64,000 nt of DNA, from assembly GCA_051942205.1 (NCBI GenBank), contig JAVECO010000061.1, positions 1 through 64,000 of the forward strand. Reading direction: 5' to 3'. Shown piece after piece: positions 21,973 to 34,936 of the stretch (positions are counted from its first letter, which is position 1; every line of letters begins with the position of its first letter). The notes under the pieces were generated by a model that ran no database searches, was not told the origin of the DNA, and saw only the letters and a program-made list of their open reading frames with translations. This stretch comes from Coniocarpon cinnabarinum. Its lineage: Eukaryota. The translations under genes were made by a program, and so were the position numbers.

Positions 21973-24900
21973 CGCTTGGTAACTTTCGGAGACTGAGGCT
22001 GGACCAAGCGTTTTGTGCGTTCGCTCATCTCATCCAGACTTGGCTGCAGTTATTGACGCGCATGTTCTTCATGATAACAAATGACATTTTGAGCTTCGAG
22101 AAACAAGCTGTGCTGCGTTTGCCATGACCAATTGAACTACAGCCGGCTGTGGACATTTCTAAGACCCTTACGTCGACGGCGTGATGAGAGATGGGTGCCG
22201 GTGCCCTTGGTGGTGCGCTCGTGCCCTTGCCGCCATACCACAACCTCACAATATTGCAACCGAAATACAAACCCATTGAGATACATTTACCGCTCAGTAA
22301 TCATCACAGGCAGGACGGACGGCGAAAGTGTCATGTAGCGTTCCACTGTTGTGTCTACAGACGACGAACCCAGACGCTGTTATATTTCAGCTACTACCGG
22401 CGTCGATATTGTCGTTATCGCTAAAGTGACATCGCTCAAGCTACATAGACGCACATCTTATTCTACTTTCAGAAATATCTAGTCTTTTGCTACTATTCTT
22501 AGTGAACGGTAATGACTATTGTTATAGCCTGTCTAGGATCTTTACCGGTACTAGATACCAAGCGGCAGATCATCGCTATGACTGCTAGCCATGGTCAGCT
22601 GCTTGTGTTGAACACTCTCCGCTATTCTACTCAGGCCGCCAACCGTGCAAGCACGTGCTATTATACCGTCACACTTACCGCTCGTTGTGCTTTTTGAAGC
22701 GACGCAGTCGATTGACAGCCGAGGACGTTTGAGAATGAAGATGGTCAGGCCCGCGTCGATGTAGTCGGCAAGCTAGCTTTACTGACGTGTTCAACACCGA
22801 GACGGATCCACTTATAGGCTAACGGCGCTTGCAACCCATTTAGAGCGCAGATCCTGCAGAAAATAGTATGCATGCCTTGCTCAACCATGGCGATCGCGGC
22901 CGAGACCGCACAGGCACTTACATTGCAAAATCACTGTTGCACTGCCACCTGCAGCCCGCCATGGTTGCCTTGCCGCTCAGTTGCACACTCGTATTTTACG
23001 TTGAAGACGATCATGCGGACTGTGATTACTTGCAAGAGCGCTGATCGGTAGAATCCTGGAAACAAGGTTTCGGGAAGCAGTCATGGGAATATTGAGGTTG
23101 CTTTTTCAGCGATGTGAGCGGGACGGAATGTCGATCACCGGTGCATGAGGATGAATGTGCCGCTGAGGCCGACGACAGAGGCTTTGACGCATTTAGAGGC
23201 GCATGGAGTTTGGTTGGTTGTAATAAATGATTAGCTGAGATGCGCGGTGGTGTTGTGCGATTTTGGTTCTATTCGCGGCTTTAATGATAACTGATCTGAG
23301 CGACGCAAGGGTATCGTATTCACGTGCCTGCCCATGCAGATACTGCGGTGTGAGTCGATGAAGTATCATTCTACACTGCAGATTCGATCAGTTACCTAGG
23401 CTAGCTCACGTTGATATGATGGAGACTCGCAAAGAAAGAATCGGCGCATTGCTGAAAGATTTGAGATTATCTTCGTGGCTGATGGCAGCAGAGTCGCCTC
23501 GTTACCCGCTATGCGTCCGTATGCCCCCAAACTTCAGAACAATCTCCCACCCTCAAATCAGCGCGCCTCGCGCTCGTTTCTACCGTAGTCGATTTAGAAT
23601 TCGTCGGAGAGTAGGATGATACTAAAATCAGTATAATGCAACTTAGACTCAAAAATTACTCTCGCCGACTTATTTAGCGACAGCGCCAAGCGCTAGAAGG
23701 TCGACCGGGTCGAACTTTTTCAAAGTGCTCGGATTGACTTAATTTTTGATGCTTCATAATTGCTGTAACTCAGTGATTTGAATTATCTATTTGGTCTTTT
23801 GATAGGATTAGTTTGGAAGTTGGTCGATTTTGCGGGTTGGGTGGCTGCTGGTGGTGTAAAGGGGGTTAGATCACGTGACTGCGCGGCGTTTTCACGCCTA
23901 ATCACAGACCACTCATCTTCCGTGTTGTCTTCGTTTATCAGCACATTCGTTTGGATAAAGAGTAGTTCGAGGCAAGATAGCCTCATTTTTCTTCATTGGT
24001 CTCGAGAGCCGCCGAGCTGCAACTATTATGATGAAGGTGCAGCTTCTCGTCCCCACGAAAGCATGAGTCGAGATTGTATTGATTGCTTTAGTGATTGTTT
24101 CAAAGGTCAAGAGGTACTTTGAATCTGGCAAATTTGGTCTTTCAGACTGTGAGCTTATTCTCTAATCGTTGTCGTACTTACACAGGATTTTAATCTGAGG
24201 CGAAAGTTTCAAATCCGCGAAGTATTTTTTTAGACCGTCAAAGAGCGTTCAACAAGCTGTCTAAGCTTGAGCAGGATGCCCCTTCACCGTTCGGAGTCCA
24301 ATGTCAGACGCCCAAATTGAGGGGCACGGATTCTGACACGGCCGGAAGGGATTGAAAGCGCATCTGGTTGGTCGCGCTAGCATCGTGATCTGAACGTGTT
24401 TTCTGTAGAAGTGGAACGTGCGTTGGTTTCGCCAGCCCTAGAGGGACTGCAAGAAGAGCTTAATGGCAGGATGTGTTTCCTGCCGGCCGTGTTGAGAATC
24501 AGAGTGGGAGAACGAAGATCACTATGCGAGGGCAACCAAGTGCCGGTGATGTTGATATGAGTCGGCGATTAAGTGACTCACTTGACCCTCCAGTGAGCTT
24601 GTGGCGAACGTACTGGACGATCTCATTGAATGACCATTGGTGAGCTCCATGAGCCAGCCTCCAAGGGTACTGGCAACATAATACATGAAGATTAGTTCTT
24701 CCTATAATTAGCGGACGTAAGCCTAATTATGGATCAGGCGATTCAAGATACTAGTGAATAGTAACAATTACAGTAGGATCTTTCGGGTTGATGCTCTCGT
24801 ACCACTTCGAAGTCATAATGTCAAAGGGTTCACGAGTCTCACATGGGGTAAGTTACGGCTGCACCGTGGTAAACAAAAGCTTAGTGAGATGTTCGCCACA

Positions 24901-25213
24901 TTCTTGTAAATCACGAGGGCAAAGCCATTTCACACTTGATGAATATAAGCGAGCTTATCGCGTGAGTCTGTACAGCAAACTTGTATTGACCACACAACAA
25001 GAGTGGCAATACAGTCAGTACACGGGCAATTGCCGTCAAAGAGAGGTGAATGCTTCTTCCTCATCCTCCGAGGGATCGGGACAATTCCACTATTTGAGTC
25101 GCAAAGAAGACGTAAGCGTGATTTGATGGCTGGGGTAGACAACAGTTCTGAGAAGCTACATCGTTTTCTTGGCGACTGCCAGTTTTCGACCGTGACCTCG
25201 ATGACGGCGACGA

Positions 25214-25774
25214 CTACATCGGTTCGTGAAGAGTGCCATATGCCTTCTCGTTTGAGTGTGCCTTCAGCAAATTCGTGATGACCTCGTCCATCAGCTCCAC
25301 ATTCGGCGTGGTTGTCATCTCCTCCAAAGTGAAGCCATTTTTGGATGCTTGCAAGTAGAAGTTGTACAGATACACTTTACCTACTGTGTCCAGGTGAGCA
25401 TCCTCAAGGCCAGATGCCTGATTGGCAGGTATCTCCTCTATCTTCGTCAATTTCTCGTCGATAAGACTGTTCGTGTAGCTATCCCTCTGCACAGCCTTGG
25501 CACACTGTCTCTCGGTCGGCTGGCTGCGCTTGTAGTTTCCCCGCGTCAATCGGTCTCGATGGAAAGGTAAAATCTGGTCGAACCATTCCCGCATGCCCTG
25601 CCATAAGTGTCCGCTGGGATGGTCATGGACGTTACTACGGGCCACCGGGTCGTTTTCCAATGCAGCACTGAGATGCGCGTGATTTTGCGGATTGTACATG
25701 CCATGCTTCTCCAGTAGCCACCTCACATGTTGACGCCGCCGAAACTGGCCGACAAAATCATTAGCATCACCCAT
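25214..25774 (-). CDS. Orphan protein, 186 aa (paralogue A)
   Basis: ATG-initiated intronless ORF, collinear with the 27402-27965 protein. Confidence 0.75.
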   Translation of the reverse strand: MGDANDFVGQFRRRQHVRWLLEKHGMYNPQNHAHLSAALENDPVARSNVHDHPSGHLWQGMREWFDQILPFHRDRLTRGNYKRSQPTERQCAKAVQRDSYTNSLIDEKLTKIEEIPANQASGLEDAHLDTVGKVYLYNFYLQASKNGFTLEEMTTTPNVELMDEVITNLLKAHSNEKAYGTLHEPM

Positions 25775-27401
25775 GACTCAACGATACGCGGCTTTGCCGC
25801 AGGCAGAACCAGCAGGCAGAAGGAAATAATGATGTACTCAGTGTCACAAATATGTGTTTAGTTGGTGGGATGACTGACGGCCGCTCAGAAACATCTGTGC
25901 AACAGTCTGGAAGAGCGGGTGTCTTTGCATCACAAGAGTCCGAGAAGACAGGTTCCTGCAATGGACTCAGACGACCTTACTCTGGTACACATTGTAGATT
26001 ACTGAGAGGACGTCACCCCTGAGGATGCTTGCGTCGGAGCCAGCAAGCATTGTAGTGCGATCACTTGTTCATAAGATTACCCCCTGTACGCGTCACGTAT
26101 TACGCCAGAGCCAATGATGCAGCGCTACAGGTGACACCATTAGGCAGGTGAAAACATTGGCTAATCCTCGTGCGTAAGACGTACACGTCTTCGAGCTCGA
26201 GGCAGCGTATTCCACTCACCGGCAAGATTTCCAAAATGAGTGAGGACCATGTTGGCCGCAACCCCTGAATGTCCTTATTGTATGTTATCGCAGTATTCCT
26301 CAAGGCTAGGACTTCCACGTGGCCATCGAAGGCATTCAAAAAGAGATATTGGCCCCCAAGATAGCCCCTGAAGGGAAAGGAAGGATTACGCCGGTTGAGT
26401 TACGACGACTTGTTTCGGAGCGTACTCCAGGCCGGACGACTATTCAGCACCAGCGACGTGGCATGATATTCTCAGCTGGTTGTCATTGACCCCAAAGAGC
26501 TCCACAGATCTCTCAAAAGGTATATCACGATCCTGGCTAGGTGCTCCGCAATGGGAACGAATTGTTGATCTCGGAATTCGCTATAAGCTTTAACGACTCG
26601 GAGATTCTTTCCAGACGCGAACTTTCTGAGGCCAGGGCTGACATCTCTGGCCACGTGGGGCTGATTATGACGGCGCAACCCTTCAAATTGCGATCATGCA
26701 TAGTCGCCACGTGTCAATAGCTTTGAAGTTAAGGTTTTTAAGCCTGATGGATCAGGCATCAGGTATCAATTAAAAACTCGCAAGCAAGATGAGATTCATC
26801 ATTCACAGACACGCTATAGGATCGAAACTCATGCAATTTACTCCGGTATGAGAGGCTTTAAACGAGAAGTTGGCATTACGGGTCCGCACGAAAGCCCACC
26901 GCTTTCACGACTATTTCTATTACCGTCTTTATCAGATGGCCCTCAAAGACGCCAAGTGACCAGGTTTCCAAGCTTTGCTTGCACATTCTGCCAGCAGCAT
27001 CACCACTTCTGGGACCATGGAGCAATGACTTCCTTGAGGAAATTTTGTTGCGCACGAATTTGACGATACATTACTGCCCGTGAAGGCTCGCTCCACTGTG
27101 CGAAGCAGACAATGTGCTGTGTCTCAGTAGACTGTAGACGACAGTATCTTGGCAACGAGCTGGAGGCGTTGGAAGACAGTGATTCCAACTATGCATCATA
27201 GTTTGCCGGCACCTCACACACCGTTTCCAATTAGTGTAGAGTGATAGAGGGACTGGCTTGAGGACAGAGTCACAGTAAGCTTGGCGCCGGGCTGCACCGG
27301 CCTGTTGTTGGGATTGTTGATGCAGAAGCAACGTTAAAGAAATTCTTCATTGTACTTCTTACTGCCGACCTTTGATGTACCAAAGCTCCTTGACCGAGAT
27401 C

Positions 27402-27965
27402 TCAACCACCTTCCGTGCCATAACTTAGGTCATTGGGATGGGCGTGTTTCGTCTCGTCGATGCACCTCTTCAAATAACTCTCATCAGGGTTGCTCATCAG
27501 ATCTTCCAAGAACTTCCGCTCTGACGCTCGTTTCGACGACTCCCTCTCTGACAAAGCCTTTACACAATACGCATACAGATACCTCTGTCCGACATATCTC
27601 ACCGAATCCTGCCCCTTACGTATTGAGAAAGGGTTGATGCCCATTGAACGCAGATATGCATTGGCGGATCGTTTGGCAACGGCATTTGAATCTGATATGA
27701 CTCCTTGGATGTCTTGCTCTCTGGCCTCCTTTTTCAAGTGGTTTTCGTGATGAGGCAGCACCTTCTCGAACCAATCATCCATGCCCTTCAAGAACTCCCC
27801 AGTTGGAAGCCTGTCGATCTTGTTTCGTTCCTCTTCATTTTCCTCCATGGCCTCGAACATGCGGTTATAATTACCTAGGGTATACAAGTGTCTTGATTCA
27901 AGTCCCCATTTGATGTGTCGACAACGTCGCACTGCAGGTTGAAGATGATCACGGATGAAGTCCAT
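27402..27965 (-). CDS. Orphan protein, 187 aa (paralogue B)
   Basis: Shares with paralogue A: RR..H..W.LE, P.G....GM..WF...LP.H, VG..YLY, and AH.N...YGT. Confidence 0.75.
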   Translation of the reverse strand: MDFIRDHLQPAVRRCRHIKWGLESRHLYTLGNYNRMFEAMEENEEERNKIDRLPTGEFLKGMDDWFEKVLPHHENHLKKEAREQDIQGVISDSNAVAKRSANAYLRSMGINPFSIRKGQDSVRYVGQRYLYAYCVKALSERESSKRASERKFLEDLMSNPDESYLKRCIDETKHAHPNDLSYGTEGG

Positions 27966-30033
27966 AATTTAGAATAGTCGAACAATAAGACGTATTGACA
28001 AGATGAGATCAAGAGGATAGGAATACGCAGCGAATTTTCAGTACGGCTATATAATTTTCGAAATACTTCCACGCTGCATGTGAGACTGCAAAAGCTCATG
28101 GTCAGGGAGTGTCCTGCTGTATTCATGGATAAATGTTGCCATGGTGGCAATACTCCCTCATACACAAACGTGTCCACGCTCAGGTGAACCAGTTGGCGGT
28201 ATTAATCTTGTCGGATAATTGAACTAGTCAGTGCTAGACACGCGCAACTGTCCCGCCTCTCTGTCGGAATGTCGCGTTTGATGCTATCCAAGTGCAGTCC
28301 ATTGTGCGATTGGTGGAGAAATTCCACGTCTGCTTGCCACTGAACAGCTAGTACCGGGAAGTCTGTTGTTGCCGCGCCAAGAAGCGTCAATGTCTCGGTG
28401 GCAGCAAGCATCTGTGCAAGCATCTGTGCAGACTCTGGAGGCCGTTCTAAGCTGATGTGAAATCAATGCGAGCGGCTCTGACAAAAGATTGTGCGTGCAC
28501 AAAATCCCTTGAGTTAGCTATAGGTAGCCGGTCCGCCAAAGACAGTTCCATGAAGGACACTGACATATTGAAGTCATTCACATTAGGTTGTTGCTGGGGG
28601 ATTTAGTACTGATTTCAAAAGGCAGCAGCACTGCAATGCGCGCCCAAGCTGGACGCAGATGGATACACCTTTCACAGCAAAATTTCCATCTATCTTATTA
28701 GGTTGCTTTGTGGTGCAGGGTCAGGAACTTTCCCCCTGACCAAACACGCGAATATCACGTGTCATCATGAAGAGTTGAAGAGATCCTGATCACCGTTTGC
28801 TTCAGTCGTCAGGTACTCAAGTGCTCTTTCGCATTGAAATCACGCAAGCACACAAGTCGCCATAGATTCGCAAACACATCCGCTGCACTGGTCGCTGTCA
28901 AGCGCGTTTGATTGACGCGTAACGTGGAGTGTCTTCGTCAAAGTATTTTCTGAGAACCATTTAACATGCCAGACTCTTCTGCATCTAGAGCAGCCGGCCA
29001 TTTCGGGTCATGCACCACGCCCTGGATCGCGTTGCACGTTGTGCTTGACGGAAAGACGTCAAGAGAGATATCAGACTTTCTGTCGACCTTTTGGCAGGTC
29101 AAAGTTCCAGCCAAAGCTTTGCAATCAGGTGACAGGCCCCACACATGACACGACTGCCGCTCCAGAATGCTCTCGAGACGCCTGCAGCTGTTTGCGACCT
29201 GGTTCAGGCTGGATTTGAGCATCACGCGTGACCTCAGTGACCAAGGAGAGATCACGGGTGATCCCTGCAATCATGCAAGGCACAAACTACCTGCAGATGG
29301 CTAAACGGATAATAGGCAGACATCACCATCTCGAAGATAAAAGGTCCTGGTTGAGACCGGAGCTAGCCTGTCACGAGCAGCATGGTCTAGCTTTGCACGG
29401 ACTCTTGAGACTCCCCACCCCAAGTATAGGATTGCGCCGTCAGTCATCTGGTCTGTTCAAGGTGCCCATCCCCAGATTAGAGCCCAGATGAGATGGGCAA
29501 GTCGAGATCTGCGCGGCCAGGTTCGGCAGGGTCCCTGCTCCTGAGCTCGGACCTCTTTGCGGCTCGCAGCTGAGTATGATGGACGTCTGATTGGCCCGAT
29601 AGGGAGCGAGGTCCATGTCTCATCCGGCCCGCCAACCAGGCTCGCTGATGCCCGATGCTGTGCACGCTCAGAGTCAATTGTTGATTATCTAACCACCGTG
29701 GACATGCGACATGCGCCTCACGTTACCTGCTCCGCTACACTGCCACCTGAGAGCTTCCATCGCCGCAGCCTCGTTACTCCCTCAGTCCAACAACCCTCAT
29801 CCCGTCTACTCGATGTAATATGCGCCTCCTCAGAGCACCGCTCTGCCTTTGTTGAGGATCGCCTTTGCCGACACCATCCATGATCTGCCCCTACCACTAT
29901 CTTGATAGGGACTTTACCGAGCCGAGTAGCGCGCTGCTTCCTCTCACTCTCTAGCAGCTCCTCTACCTTCAATGGTCGCATTGCACACAAAGCCAACGAC
30001 TCAGACTTCTACGCCTTCTAACACCTTGACGAC

Positions 30034-31728
30034 ATGTTTGTCGCCCGATCATATTCCTACACCGGTCAACAACGCAAAGGCGAGAAGATTGAAAATGCTT
30101 TCTTGAACACCTCGAAAAGAGATCCATCTCCGGTCAGCGAAAAAGCGAACCAACACCGTGGCTTCGGCTGGCGCCCGGCCTCTTTCGCAAAGCATCAGCT
30201 GGCCCAGGCCCAAGATCCCGAGCGTCGCGTTATTGACAGGCGCAAGAGTGACAACACCCTCAGCATCAAGGCGATTGGCACGCCTGTCAGCACATCGCCT
30301 TCAAGCCAGTCAACCCCACCCTCAAAGCCAGTCGCAGTACCCACAAAGACTTCTGCAAGCCGCATACGGGATCCTCCCGCGGCCTCTTCGGCCCCATTGA
30401 TCCATTCGCATCGTACCACACCGTTGAATAAGACGAAGCAGAGAAGCGCCGCCGTTGCTTCAATACTCGCTCAGACGAACATCGCCCCCAGGAAGTCCTT
30501 TCCCAAGCCGTCGACAAAGCCTCAGAAACCCAGAAAGATCTCCATTGACGAGGTGGTGGAGGACTGGAAACAAGATGAGTTTGAATACGGCACTCCTCCG
30601 GGAGTCAGTCCAGCAATGGATGCGCTCCTTTCCTCGCCTCAAGAAGACGGCTTTGTTTTCGGCGAGAGCGTCGACGACGAGTTTCGTCTGCCGTCCCGTT
30701 CCGACTCTTCTGATTCAATGCCCTCGCTTGAGCGATCAGACAGCGCATCTACCTTCTCGCATAGTCAGTCTTTGACTCCTGACTTCGGCTTGCGGAAAGA
30801 ACATCGTAGAGGCTCGAAAATCAGCTCAAGTCCTCGGAGCTTCAACATATCCGCTGACCATCCTCTGCTTGTAGCAGATCCAGAGCAGGAATGTGAAAGC
30901 AACGAGGACTGGGGTACGCCTTTGAGTCTTGTCACCAGTAACACTTCTCGACGACGCCCCTTGCTAAAGTCATCGTCGAACTCGAACATTTCAATCCCAC
31001 GACCACGTCAGCGGCGCAGAGCTTCTTCTCAGTCGCGGTCCTTGAAATCTAACCTAACTTCGTCGCTATCAGTTCTTCGCGAGAACCTTTCACGGACGTT
31101 CTCAAATTTTGCTGCTCCTATCTCGAATGAACAAGTTGCGCGTTCACTACTTGGCACACCTTACCATCCAGAGATGCGGCCGCGACCTCTGAACGGCCCA
31201 CCGACCGCACAGATGCGTCGATACATGAACCCACAAGCCATTCATCTTTACGATTTCCACCTTCATGACAGTCACATCGATGACGCGGATCTTGAGTATG
31301 TCGCCGCGGCGAACGCAGCAGCAGCAGAGGCTCGCGCGATGGGTGATCCCAATGCGCCAGCGCCCTCGGACATTGACGCGATTCCAATGGACACCTACGT
31401 CCGTCGGCCAACGCCGGAGAAACGTGCAGCAACAGAAGCCGGCAAAGCGATGGAGCTCGCCGCGGGCAGGCGAGCCGAACAACGACGAGAGCCAAGAGAG
31501 AATCCGGAGTTCTTACGAATCGCCGTGCTCGAAATGCAAATGCGGCGAGCTGGCAAGGTTGAAGGATCAGTGGCAGGAACCCTGATAGGAGCTGGTGGGA
31601 TGCCAGGCGGAGGTGGCGTTGGGGCTGGACGAAGGGGCTGGTTTCTGCCGCCGCGAAGTGATAATGTCGATCCTGACAAGAAAGCCATGCAGAAGGTCCC
31701 GAGGCGCTGGGCTGCGGTCTCCGCCTGA
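30034..31728 (+). CDS. Hypothetical Ser/Pro-rich protein (564 aa), probably conserved in ascomycetes
   Basis: Long intact ORF, largely disordered. C-terminal block REPRENPEFLRIAVLEMQMRRAGK...VPRRW resembles uncharacterised Pezizomycotina proteins. Confidence 0.8.
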   Translation: MFVARSYSYTGQQRKGEKIENAFLNTSKRDPSPVSEKANQHRGFGWRPASFAKHQLAQAQDPERRVIDRRKSDNTLSIKAIGTPVSTSPSSQSTPPSKPVAVPTKTSASRIRDPPAASSAPLIHSHRTTPLNKTKQRSAAVASILAQTNIAPRKSFPKPSTKPQKPRKISIDEVVEDWKQDEFEYGTPPGVSPAMDALLSSPQEDGFVFGESVDDEFRLPSRSDSSDSMPSLERSDSASTFSHSQSLTPDFGLRKEHRRGSKISSSPRSFNISADHPLLVADPEQECESNEDWGTPLSLVTSNTSRRRPLLKSSSNSNISIPRPRQRRRASSQSRSLKSNLTSSLSVLRENLSRTFSNFAAPISNEQVARSLLGTPYHPEMRPRPLNGPPTAQMRRYMNPQAIHLYDFHLHDSHIDDADLEYVAAANAAAAEARAMGDPNAPAPSDIDAIPMDTYVRRPTPEKRAATEAGKAMELAAGRRAEQRREPRENPEFLRIAVLEMQMRRAGKVEGSVAGTLIGAGGMPGGGGVGAGRRGWFLPPRSDNVDPDKKAMQKVPRRWAAVSA

Positions 31729-32084
31729 ACCAAGGAGTGACGCTGCATTGCTATGATTTACGCTTACGAAAACACGGTTATGAGTAGAATTACGGCTGCA
31801 CAGAATGATGTAGATATTGTAGACGACACAGAGAAATATTTTCGGTTCCTTGTTCATTGACCAATCCATCTTTACAATCCCAACATTCATTGGGTCGTTT
31901 AATCCAGCTCTATCTGCGCGCAGGTACACGTGCCCTGCCCAAACGTTTTACAGAGCCCATTAACCAGCAAGGTCGTGCCGCAAGCGCGAGGCGCCTCAAT
32001 GTTAAAATTCATGTGACAGCAGCCACAACGAGTAAATGTACTTGAAGTACCTGCACACAAATATATCGCTGTACACATCTTATA

Positions 32085-32954
32085 ATGCCTCATAAGCACA
32101 AAAGAAAAGGCAAAGACTCCCAGTATGCATTTTTGAAATGAACACATTTGGCCAGTGACTAACGCCACATCTGCAGCCACGATCTCGCGCCATCGTCCAA
32201 GCACGCGGCGCCTCTCCCAGTCGGTCGCCAAAGCTCACAAGATACATCCAAGAAGCGCAAGCGAGACGCTACTGACGACGATGACACACCGAAAGCGTTT
32301 CGTCGACTCTTGCAGCGGCAGAAGCACCTCGCTCAGGGATCCAAGAAGCAAAAGGCGTTGGGTGATACTCAACAAGCCGTGAACCCTGGGCGCAAGGAAA
32401 ACGGCAAAAACAGCATCGTCGCGCCATCCCAAGAGTCAGTAACCAAGTCAGGCTCTCCTCCACCTGGTCGCTCCGCTACTGAGATCCCTCGCATCCTCCC
32501 ACACGAACGCCTCTCCGACTACGGCGCCCGAATTGATGCATCCCTTCCTCTTTCTGGCCTTCAGAAGCGCGGCAGACAGCCCATTCAAGTCGGCAAGAAA
32601 ATCTTGAAGCAACCACAGACGCGCATCGAAAAGAAGATTCAGCGCATGCAAGATGAATGGCGCGCTGCGGCTGCCAAGCGGAAAGAGCGGGAAGAAGCCG
32701 AAGCGGATGAGCGAGAACTCGAGGAGCTGGAGAAACAGGAACATAGGGTTACGGATGAGCTTGAGGGCGCATTTGGTGGTGCGGCTGCGGGTGGTAGAGG
32801 TGGTGGAAAGAAGAAGGCGAAGCGACGGGAGGAGGATCCGTGGGCTGTGTTGGAGGGACGGAGGAGGGTGCAGAAGGCTTTGGGCGACGTGGTTGAGCGG
32901 CCACCTGATCTCAAGGGACTTAGAGGGGCGAAGTTGAAAATGAAGGGCCATTGA
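32085..32954 (+). CDS. Basic coiled-coil protein, CCDC137-like (probably nucleolar)
   Basis: Exon 1 32085-32122 (MPHKHKRK); intron 32123-32176 (GTATGC..CTAAC..CAG); then DDTPKAFRRLL, IPRILPHERLSDY, EDPWAVL and DVVERPP. Confidence 0.75.
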
Positions 32955-33470
32955 ATCGAGGACGCTCTCGGCTTAAGAGGGAAAGTAGGCGAGTAAGGAA
33001 TGGAGATAAGAGACGTCATCGAAGAAATTGGACTCTTCATGTAGAGGCCCTGTTAGGCAGGTGGTCACATTTGACTTTCACATTATCTCAATTGATTGAG
33101 GCTATTCCTTGTCTGATCATGCTCGTACAGAAAAGTCGTGGGACCAGATATACCTATTGAAGATTCGCCACGCAAGGCAAGCCAAATCTACACTAGCGCT
33201 GAGCGGGCCGTCCCGGGATCTGGGGAAGCTCCATGACAAAGTGTGCCGCACACGCCCACCAATCTTGAGAGCTCCACCACCTTATCAACATCAATGTGAT
33301 CTTCAAGAATCTGTCAGAGACTGAGCAGAGCCAAGATCCGAGAACAGATCTGGAAGCGATCTCGATTCAAGCATGGCGATGAGGACAGAGCCTCGTCTTG
33401 CCGTTATCGACCACATCACCAACTTACCCATGCGTTTGAGTTCCGCTTTCATATACAATATCTGCAAGTC

Positions 33471-34880
33471 ATGACAACGCCTCATAATCCTTTCCTTGCC
33501 CAGCGAAAAGCCCAACCCGGCCATGGCACAATACACGTCGCCAACTTGACACCCTCTGCGGCAAGACCAAATCCCGTGCTTCAAACACTCGAGTATCAAT
33601 ACCCGCTTAAGCTCATTGCGCCGTCCACGGTGACCGTTCCTGCTTCACTTCCTATCCCCGAAGATGAAGCGACGCAGCATGAACCAAATCGTGAGACTTC
33701 AAGCCAAAGGGGTTCACGTCAAGGGGATTCAAGTCAAGACGTCTTCGTCCAGGACTGCAATATACCGGTCTATACGGTTTTTCTATTGAGCTACGGCGGC
33801 GGTCTCGTTGCAGGCGACGTCATAAACCTCACTATCCATTTGGATTCGAATATTCGTCTGAATCTCTTGACGCAAGGCAGCACCAAAGTTTTCAAATCAC
33901 GTCCGTTAGTCAGTTCCACGCAACCCACCACTGCAGCTCCACCAACCCTCCTATCTTCAGCCGCTTCCACCGCCGACTCCACCGCCACCACTGCTTCATC
34001 AACCAACCCACTAACCATACAAGCCCTAATCACCCACCTCAGCTCAAACAGTACCCTAATCTACCTCCCCGACCCCACCCAACCCTTCGCACACTCGTCC
34101 TTCGCCCAATCCCAATCATACATTCTTGAAGATACGACTTCAAATCTCTGTGTCCTCGATTGGGTCTCAGCGGGACGACCAGCGACACGAGAAACCTGGG
34201 CTTTCGACTTCTATGAAAGTCGGAATGAGATCTTTGCACTTGACGCTGTAAGTGGTGGGAAGGGAAGGTTACTGGTGAGGGATAATATTCGTTTAGACGC
34301 CAAGGCTAATCCTGGAATTGAGGAGGGCGTTGGTACAACTACGGGAACGGAGACGGGTGCGGATGGTCGAAACGTGAGAGCGGGTAATGAACGTCAGGAT
34401 AATGGAATCAGTGCACGCGTCGCCCATCAAGCAATCCAAGCAACCCTCCTGATAACAGGACCGCTGTTCCAAAATCTCTCTTCTTTCTTTGTGGACGAAT
34501 TCGCGCAATTGCCTCGAATCGGCGCACCGCGCAGTATCCTTCTCCAACAACAGTACGATCATCTCCAAAGCTCCAACGAACCCAGCCCTTTCGATAATGA
34601 CCCCATCAATCTTAACAACGAATCCGATGGTTCCAACAGCAATGAGAGAAGACGGAAGGAATTCGAGAGGAAGCAGAAGGAATGGCGGGAACAAAGACAA
34701 GATCAGGAAAAGAAAGATGGACTTCTCTGGACAGCCAGTTCCGTTCGAGAAGTCTTCGTCATTGTTAAGTTTTCAGCTGGTAGTGTAGAGGGGGCGCGAA
34801 GATGGCTTCGAGAGATGCTTGAGGAGGAGGGGAGTGTAGAACGGGTGGGAGGGGAGAGGGTTATGATGTGTTTGCGGTGA
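33471..34880 (+). CDS. ureD: Urease accessory protein UreD
   Basis: YQYPLKLIAP, LSYGGGLVAGD, LTQGSTKVFK, LPDPTQPF, LDWVSAGR..E.W and VKF motifs. Confidence 0.93.
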   Translation: MTTPHNPFLAQRKAQPGHGTIHVANLTPSAARPNPVLQTLEYQYPLKLIAPSTVTVPASLPIPEDEATQHEPNRETSSQRGSRQGDSSQDVFVQDCNIPVYTVFLLSYGGGLVAGDVINLTIHLDSNIRLNLLTQGSTKVFKSRPLVSSTQPTTAAPPTLLSSAASTADSTATTASSTNPLTIQALITHLSSNSTLIYLPDPTQPFAHSSFAQSQSYILEDTTSNLCVLDWVSAGRPATRETWAFDFYESRNEIFALDAVSGGKGRLLVRDNIRLDAKANPGIEEGVGTTTGTETGADGRNVRAGNERQDNGISARVAHQAIQATLLITGPLFQNLSSFFVDEFAQLPRIGAPRSILLQQQYDHLQSSNEPSPFDNDPINLNNESDGSNSNERRRKEFERKQKEWREQRQDQEKKDGLLWTASSVREVFVIVKFSAGSVEGARRWLREMLEEEGSVERVGGERVMMCLR

Positions 34881-34936
34881 TTTCGCTGGTTTGGATGGTT
34901 TGGCGTGGGGTAGATGACTCGAGGTAATTTTGAGTT

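Noticed and set aside
22000..25200. NLR partner for the SesA/HeLo-like protein
   Set aside because: No P-loop (GxxGxGKS/T), WD, ANK or TPR coding sequence is visible; only short unremarkable ORFs.
26100..26678. Decayed gene between the two paralogues
   Set aside because: Fragments look protein-like but lack ATG starts and a recognisable family.
32085..34880. Fusion of the CCDC137-like gene with ureD
   Set aside because: Clean stop at 32954, a 516-bp gap and a separate ATG at 33471.
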